Source: Babesia bigemina (Eukaryota). From it: 64,000 nucleotides of DNA. Below, one piece after another: positions 57,132 to 64,000 of this stretch. Made by a program: the position numbers and the translations under genes. Position 1 is the first letter of the stretch. Each line of letters opens with the position of its first letter. The notes under the pieces were generated by a model that had not been told where the DNA came from, made no database searches, and worked only from the letters and a program-made list of their open reading frames with translations. The stretch spans positions 744,001 to 808,000 of the forward strand of contig NC_027218.1 of NCBI RefSeq assembly GCF_000981445.1, given 5' to 3'.

Positions 57132-59966
57132 ATGGCAAACAATAGCAACTGGAGGTCCATGTGGACATTATGGGCAATCGTGTTTCAGTTGGTTGGATTC
57201 ATCAACGCGGCGCCTTGTAATTTTGACTACCCTAAAGGGTTGCTAAGCAAAAGTGCTGTGACCAGTTGTCACATGGACATCCAAAATATTGCATCGACAC
57301 TTGTGGTGTGTCCACAAGAAGTTAACGGCACTGAGTATGTATGGCATCCTCAGCCGAATGCGGACGAACAAGGTCATCTCAAAACGTACGTGAGTGGTGA
57401 TGGCTCGTTTAGTTCCGTTCCTCTTTCAACGGTCGTGCGATCCGAATCTAAGAACAAGCTCTTCTGGATGGAAACCACTCGCTCTCAAAGAACGCTGCAC
57501 TTAAACCTGCCGAGAGAAGAATTGTTTGTAGTTACTGAAAACCGTTTCATGTTCATCTGCGCTCCGAGAGATTTCGTTCTGACCGAGAAGTTGCAGCGCC
57601 ACCTTGAGCACCTCTATGACAAGGGTCAAAGGCAGAAACTTCCCTGGAAAACATCTATACCATTGAATCCGGAAGTTGACGGTTTAGATAAAGGGTTGGG
57701 TGTATTGATGGTGTACAGAGGTCGCCAACACCAACCCCTTCAGGGCTGCGGTAGCCGTCCTTCCCCACTGTTTGCTGAGGGTAATGAAGTAACAGTGGAC
57801 CGCATCACTGGCACCACTTCATGCGTGGTAGACCCTATGTCTCAATCGCCTATTGGTTTCGTTTGCGAAGGTAAAGTGGAACCTGAAAATTGCATGAGGA
57901 CCCTCTTGGGCAAAACTGGCGAAGTTTTCAACGCTCCGCGCCCTCGTCGTTATTGGAAGTTCGAAAACCACAAACCGTGGACTTTAGTGCGGTATTTCAA
58001 TGACTTGGCACTGCCGCAGTTCGATGGCGAATGCAGGTGCATAGATCCCGAAACAGGTGCAGTAAAGGCCAAGATAGAGGTACGTCGGAAAACCGAACAC
58101 GTCTGTGACATTGCTAGCGTTATCAACAACAAATGGTCTGATCATATCAGTGGCCCTTTGTGCACGGTGGTACTTCACCCAGGCAGCACCTTGACCATAA
58201 AAATCCCAACCGAGGATATGGACATGGAAACCGACATGGATATTGACTCGGATACTCCACCTGTCGAACTAATGCAAAAGCGGCCTAAATATTCATTCAA
58301 AAATGAAATACTGCCGAGCGACATGAATATGCTGAGACAACTTAACACGCCATATGGAGTTTATGTGTATGATGAAGTCCTGTACCACAAAGCTCTTGTT
58401 GGCGATGCTCTTGAATTGGATACTTCCCTGATTGACAAAGGGGAGATTAAGCTGAAGTACCATCTAGGAAAGTCACTCGCGTTACGAAGCGGGCAAAACT
58501 CGTTCTTTTATGAGCATACCTTTAAAACTGGAAACAAGTACGTTCCATCCAGAATCCGCTCCGTAGTCAATGTTTCGTTCGCGTTCACTCACGATTACGA
58601 AACAGTTGGTTGCGATCGAGGCTCCGACAGTGCGTTCAACACAGATGTCAGCAGCAATTATTGTTTAACCAGAACTATGGGAAATGGAATAGGGGATACC
58701 TATGAATGCATCTACCATAACAAGATGAATGAAAAAAGAGCCGGCATTAACTGTGGTCCCGATGAGGAGTTGTTGCCAGCTAACTGTGAGTCTCTAGGTT
58801 ATGACCTCTCCTCCAATAAAGTGACGGCATTCCCAGCCTCTATTCGTAATGTGACTCCATATCCCGTTCGTGGATTTCAGGTGTTTGAAACGGCATTGGG
58901 AGACATCCCTGTAAGCCACGCCTGCATCTGTGTCGACAAACGTGGCTATGAAAAGTCCAGGCTTGTTATAGAGAACGACCACCGAGAGCAACATAATTAT
59001 GGAATTAATCGTGAAACTGCTATTCACACAATGCTTCCACACAGCTGGATGCCTTTAAGTGAGTTCAAATTGAATATCGAGGAGCCGTCATTAGCGTTCT
59101 ATAAGATGCACCATCTATACTCTCAATCCATTACGCTAAAGGTGGGAATGGAGTTCACCCTGCGCTGTGCACTTCAACCTGACATACTATACGATGCGGA
59201 CACCACGGTAATGCAACCAGTATGGTTGCCATATTCGCGTGAACAGGATCACTATATATCCGAACCTACAGTGGATGGGACGAGGCTGATTCGTGTGGCA
59301 CACAACGAGACAATCGCTACTTCGCAGGATGGGCTTTACATTGGTTACAACGACGTCGTTCACACAGTGGGATATAAAACGCTGGTTCTTATATCGCGCC
59401 AAGGCGCCATCATTGTATCTAAGGACGCAAACAACAGGGAATATGTGCCGATGACATTCGTATGTGGTAAGGCGCCCATATTGTCGGATTTTTCCACCAA
59501 TAGTCGCTCATATGCACTGGCGAAATCATTTGCGCGATTTACGTGGAACTTGGTGCAAGTCAACGTCGAGACCACTGACCCGTACATGCAAGGCTGCGGA
59601 GTCACCTACGAATCAGATGAGTTGTTCAAGCCTGAGACACCCAAAGTATACGATGAGGAAGGACGAGAAATCGGTTGCAAGGTAGACCTTCAGGCTGCGG
59701 GAGGGGCAGCGTTCTACTGCCCAGCGCCATACGTCATGGACCCTCCCGGTTGCTTCAACCAAGTCTCCGTGAACGGTGAAGTGAAGGATCTGAGCGACAT
59801 CAGCGCCACTTTGCTAGCGTCACGTTCCAGCCATTTTGTCACTCTGAATTCATTCAGTGCACTCATGGAACCCGGGGAGACACTGCGCCACACGCCGCTA
59901 CTTGAATGCCGCTGCGTCACCACCAAGGGTGTCGTTCTCTCTACCATCCAGATAGAGAACTATTAG
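57132..59966 (+). CDS. Secreted multi-domain 6-Cys (s48/45) family protein, 944 aa
   Basis: Signal peptide (MWTLWAIVFQLVGFINA). Three domains with the GC..C..C...P..C..CxC pattern (QGCG/GFVCEG/PENCM/ECRC; VGCD/GINCG/PANCE/HACIC; QGCG/FYCP/PPGCF/ECRC) alternate with Cys-poorer domains. No C-terminal GPI or TM segment. Confidence 0.82.
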   Translation: MANNSNWRSMWTLWAIVFQLVGFINAAPCNFDYPKGLLSKSAVTSCHMDIQNIASTLVVCPQEVNGTEYVWHPQPNADEQGHLKTYVSGDGSFSSVPLSTVVRSESKNKLFWMETTRSQRTLHLNLPREELFVVTENRFMFICAPRDFVLTEKLQRHLEHLYDKGQRQKLPWKTSIPLNPEVDGLDKGLGVLMVYRGRQHQPLQGCGSRPSPLFAEGNEVTVDRITGTTSCVVDPMSQSPIGFVCEGKVEPENCMRTLLGKTGEVFNAPRPRRYWKFENHKPWTLVRYFNDLALPQFDGECRCIDPETGAVKAKIEVRRKTEHVCDIASVINNKWSDHISGPLCTVVLHPGSTLTIKIPTEDMDMETDMDIDSDTPPVELMQKRPKYSFKNEILPSDMNMLRQLNTPYGVYVYDEVLYHKALVGDALELDTSLIDKGEIKLKYHLGKSLALRSGQNSFFYEHTFKTGNKYVPSRIRSVVNVSFAFTHDYETVGCDRGSDSAFNTDVSSNYCLTRTMGNGIGDTYECIYHNKMNEKRAGINCGPDEELLPANCESLGYDLSSNKVTAFPASIRNVTPYPVRGFQVFETALGDIPVSHACICVDKRGYEKSRLVIENDHREQHNYGINRETAIHTMLPHSWMPLSEFKLNIEEPSLAFYKMHHLYSQSITLKVGMEFTLRCALQPDILYDADTTVMQPVWLPYSREQDHYISEPTVDGTRLIRVAHNETIATSQDGLYIGYNDVVHTVGYKTLVLISRQGAIIVSKDANNREYVPMTFVCGKAPILSDFSTNSRSYALAKSFARFTWNLVQVNVETTDPYMQGCGVTYESDELFKPETPKVYDEEGREIGCKVDLQAAGGAAFYCPAPYVMDPPGCFNQVSVNGEVKDLSDISATLLASRSSHFVTLNSFSALMEPGETLRHTPLLECRCVTTKGVVLSTIQIENY

Positions 59967-61570
59967 GCAGGTAATGAGCACATCACATTTGGTAGCTCGG
60001 CGGGAAAACACGCGCTTTAATTGTCATAGTTCGTGTTGATCATTCCGCTAGTTTGTCTGTCACCGTGGCCAGACCGCTTTTAAATGAAATGTGATCATTG
60101 CATTTCTCGGTTGTGTGACGTACTTGAGCATTATCATAGATCTGTATAAGTATTGTGAACGGCCGTGGACCCGGTGAAGACCGTACTGTGGAATTACTCG
60201 TCACAACCACTTAGTTGGACTTTGTCTATCGCAGGCATGGGGGAAGATGCAACTTAGAGGTTTGTATCGCTGCCCACATGTTGACACCTTGACAATGCCC
60301 GTAATATGCAACAACTAACACTACATGATATATGTCAGTGAACTTAGGCGTACCCGCTAGAGTGGATGAGTCTCTACGGCGCCAGTGGCTTTAGTCGGAC
60401 CATCGCTTAAAATGGAAACGGGAAATACTTCCTCTGCTACCTTTATCTGCGTTTCGCGCCACATCGGATGATTTACAAAAGTGCATCTAATAATACTGGC
60501 AATTGCGAATTACTTCTCTAGGTGACACTATGCTCAGTCACAGACCACAGCTGTATGGGACGTGTGAGAGAAAACAAGTAAGTGATGCACAATTGCGTGT
60601 CAAGTCTCACTTAGGTGATTAAGGTTTGGGAAGTGGTAAAATTTGCGAAAGTCAGTGGATTGCGTTAGAGAAACTTCAGCTCAATGGGTAGCAACCCATT
60701 GATGTTGCCACGTTAAGTGTTCATCATAATCCGGTGGTCATTGTTTGCATCGAAATCGCTCAAGGAATATACAGATGAATGATTGATATGTTTATGTTGA
60801 AAGAGTTTGTTAGTCAACTGACGCAATATGTCATTCACCGATGACAACGCCCATATCAGGGGGGGGATGGATAACCATGACACCAGAGGCAGGCCTGTCG
60901 ACCTTTTACGGTTTTACACAGTTGTAATGATTACACACATCATTGCGTTGCACGAAAATTATCGCAGGGATATGATATTCCACCTACGTCTAATCGCTAC
61001 CTGGTTGAGACTGGGATTGCTAAGGTGATCGATCATACGTTTATTGTCAGAACTTTGGAAATTGCTCAACAGCATTAGTACATTTGACGCTCCCAATATG
61101 AATATGTAACGCCAAACTGACTATAGAATGCACTGGCAAAGTCAGCCTCCAATGCAACGTCAGCTGATGCATGACTGGAAGTAATCACTCAGACTTGCAT
61201 TAATCGCAACCCATTTCACAATTGCAGCTTTTGACGCATCAATACAACAATTCAAACAGAAAGGGGCCCATTATATCTCATTAATGCTTCTAACTTGTAT
61301 ACTACAATGACATGCGTGCTGCATGTAAAATTAACTGTGTAGATCTGGTTGCGATGAGCCGAGATTGTTGCCATCGCGCCATCAACGTCTGTCTGGTTGT
61401 CTCATAGACAGCTTCGCATGCCTCATTTAGACACGAACACATCGGAAGGTAACGACGCTTTCGCTGTGCTCATCCGCCACCAAGTCGCAGCCGTTTAAAC
61501 ACACGGATTGTCAATATACGAGATTTAAAACTCTTTACAAAACTTGTCAAAGTCAACGAAGTTTTTAAAA

Positions 61571-62332
61571 ATGGTGTACAATTCGTTGACCGAAGCCCCT
61601 CGCAACCTCAAGGAGGGTATTGACTGGCTGGTGGCTGTGAAGGGAACTGATGCTGAAAGCAACATTGCTGCTTTGGGTGAGGCAGTTCACAAGTTTCTCG
61701 CAGACAAGCCTGTCGGTAGCATGCAGGTGCCAGCTCTCGAGAAAATAAAACTTATCACTAAAGAATTCATAGGGCAAAAGAATCTTAAAGGGAGCTGGTT
61801 CGTGAAAAACATAACGAAGCGAGTCGGCTCGGGTCTCGGAAAAACATATGACACACTCGTCAAAGATTTGGGATATGTCCGTGACAGCGATTATCAGAAC
61901 GTCGTCGATGCAGAAGGAGTTAACGCTGACACCATCGTAGAAAACTTGAATAAAGTTATGGATGGTACTGAGAAATTCTTGGATGACATCAAAAACCCTA
62001 ACCAATATACGTCTGCTTACAGTTCTAAAGCGACGTGGGAGGCTTCGTGCGCGAAGGACCCGGAAGCCTGCGCCGTGGTCCTCGTGGGCATCGCACCAAT
62101 GTTATACACCGGCCTACGGCATTTGCGGACTGCAAGCAGTGAACAAGCCGGGCTATTACAAATATTTTATGGAAAAAAGAGTTTGATGAATTTGTTGAAT
62201 GCAGCGGGTTACAATGAGTCGGAATGCCGCTCTGGGATAAGTGCGGGAAATGTCGTCAATGCATTGAGGGGTGTGAATGACAGCGTGTTGTACATTCTCT
62301 ACGACCTCGCTGGATTCTGGGCTTTCTATTGA
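61571..62332 (+). CDS. Short ves-related (ves2/VESA-like) protein, 253 aa
   Basis: MVYNSLTEAPRNLKEGIDWL (VESA N motif), YTSAYSSKATWEASCAKDPEACAVVLVGIAPMLY, and terminal LYDLAGFWAFY. Confidence 0.88.
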   Translation: MVYNSLTEAPRNLKEGIDWLVAVKGTDAESNIAALGEAVHKFLADKPVGSMQVPALEKIKLITKEFIGQKNLKGSWFVKNITKRVGSGLGKTYDTLVKDLGYVRDSDYQNVVDAEGVNADTIVENLNKVMDGTEKFLDDIKNPNQYTSAYSSKATWEASCAKDPEACAVVLVGIAPMLYTGLRHLRTASSEQAGLLQIFYGKKSLMNLLNAAGYNESECRSGISAGNVVNALRGVNDSVLYILYDLAGFWAFY

Positions 62333-63572
62333 TTGCGAATTGTCTGTGACCTGAGCAAACAGATCGTTAAAACACGATATTGCGTCAGCTTCTCCGTTGA
62401 GTGCTTGTAGTATCTCACAAAATCATTTTAATTTTTCAACGTAGTTTTAGCCATTATGATGTATACACGCTTAATCTACGATGGCATTGATGTTGAATGA
62501 GCCTAACAGTTTTTTTCAATGCCTCTTTAATCTACTTAATGCCGCACTTCGGCGTCGGAGGTGTGATAAGCAATAAGTCCGGTAAACACACGGCACGTAT
62601 CAACTGTTCATGTCGATACAGTGAAGTGGTAACGAGGTGAACGCCAAGATTTAGCCCGACCCAAACGTGGCGACCTACACTGATACAGGCAAGTACAAAC
62701 ACGAATGGGCATAAACCCATACTTACGTAGCAGCTTACACCGCTATATGCGAAAGGAAATAGATGTTACACCGCATCTGATTTGTAAACGACTTGAATTT
62801 CAATAGTTTTACAGCATAGATTACGTTACTCCCTTGAGAGATAAATAAAGCTATTACGCATGGGTCTTGATGGGATGCACAGAAACAGTGACCCAATCCT
62901 ATTCGGATGGACTAAAAGGTCCATTTAGTTCGGCCACTTCACCCATTTTCGCCGCTTTACAGTATAATGCTGCGTTAGGCTGCCGCCTGTTTAGCTAAAA
63001 GCAGTTCAGAAATAGTTTGCATCTGATTTTACCAACAAAGAGATGCGAAGTACGTGCTATTGTGTTAAGATATATATGCGGTATACACTGTTATACGTAA
63101 TGACCGTTCAACCTTTCGATCGTTGGAAAATATAAGGTTCGATGTCTAACCGACAGCAACACAACGGAGGTCAGTATATAACATAGCAACAGCGTGTGGA
63201 ACCGCAACGAGTTTTAGATTGTTGTACACATCCAGATGACCAAATATATGTCAACAACGCTATGTAGACACGTGATTGTACAATAAACCAGCTGTTGTAT
63301 GACACGTTGCTCCGGGAAAAGAGGTGATAACCCCGATTTGAATTACACACAACACACAATTTAAAACTTCCACTAAAGACATAGGCGCTGATATATCGAT
63401 TAACCTGGAAAATGGAAGTGTTGACGTGACTCTGGTCGGCGGTTCGCCTCTGCGGCGTACGTAACCATATAACAAAGAAGGAATTATGCGGCACTTTACC
63501 ACTAATTGATTTTTGTAATGTGTATTTCAAACGATAGTTCTATGCACAAAAGTATCTCTATCCTTTGATAAA

Positions 63573-63906
63573 ATGAATTTGTTGCTTAAGCAATGTAATG
63601 GCGCCTTCATTGAGCGCATATCGGTTTCCGAAGATGCAACCGTTAAGGATTTGAAGCAGTTGTTCTACGAAAAATGTTGGTTGTTTCATACGAGGCCTTA
63701 AAATTGTGCAGTTCACTTCTATCCGCAAAGGCAGCAGTGGAACCTTGGTTCAGGTGAGTTACGCGCGACGTCGTTGTACATAGACACGCCGAAGCATATT
63801 TAACGCAATGTGTATGATAATACAGCTGATGGACCGCGGATTGTTGAAGGTACGCTGAAGCAGTGCGGCGTCCTTGAGGACTCATCGCTATATTTCAAGG
63901 ATCTAG
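63573..63906 (+). CDS. TECR: Trans-2,3-enoyl-CoA reductase (TECR/Tsc13, steroid 5-alpha reductase family), first 3 exons (63573-63675, 63712-63753, 63826-63906); continues beyond window
   Basis: Not in the ORF track. The spliced product MNLLLKQCNGAFIERISVSEDATVKDLKQLFYEKFHFYPQRQQWNLGSADGPRIVEGTLKQCGVLEDSSLYFKDLG is a ubiquitin-like domain ending in the TECR LYFKDLG motif. Confidence 0.8.
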
Positions 63907-64000
63907 GTGAGTTGGTCGGAGTTTGAGGGAGAATCCGATACGATACATGCGAGTGACTGTGCTCATTGGTGTTATGGATATCCACTAGGTCATATTTGTG

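Noticed and set aside
59955..59980. 6-Cys gene ends IENY* where the remnant reads VENYYANE*
   Set aside because: Only about four terminal residues differ; not evidence of pseudogenisation.

Overview
Eukaryotic, gene-dense DNA with many 33-42 nt GT-AG introns, from a piroplasm apicomplexan; the ves-family genes point to Babesia sensu stricto (B. bigemina/ovata/caballi-like, species not determinable here). A GC-rich housekeeping core (~6-56 kb) encodes VPS13, a DDX60-like helicase, Rab7, RER1, a divergent Nup155/170-like nucleoporin, a cullin, a DOT1-like methyltransferase, a RanBP2 zinc-finger RS protein, mitoribosomal mL49, a Mix17/CHCHD2-like protein lacking its CHCH domain, a UPF1-like helicase with dsRBD-like repeats, Alba and several hypotheticals. 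Two AT-richer surface-antigen islands bracket the core in mirror-image orientation. On the left (minus strand), a decayed 6-Cys (s48/45) fragment is followed by a long ves1-like gene that runs off the window. On the right (plus strand), an intact six-domain 6-Cys gene is followed by a short ves2-like gene. The window ends in the first exons of a TECR-like enoyl-CoA reductase. Family calls come from motif recognition by eye; no searches were run.
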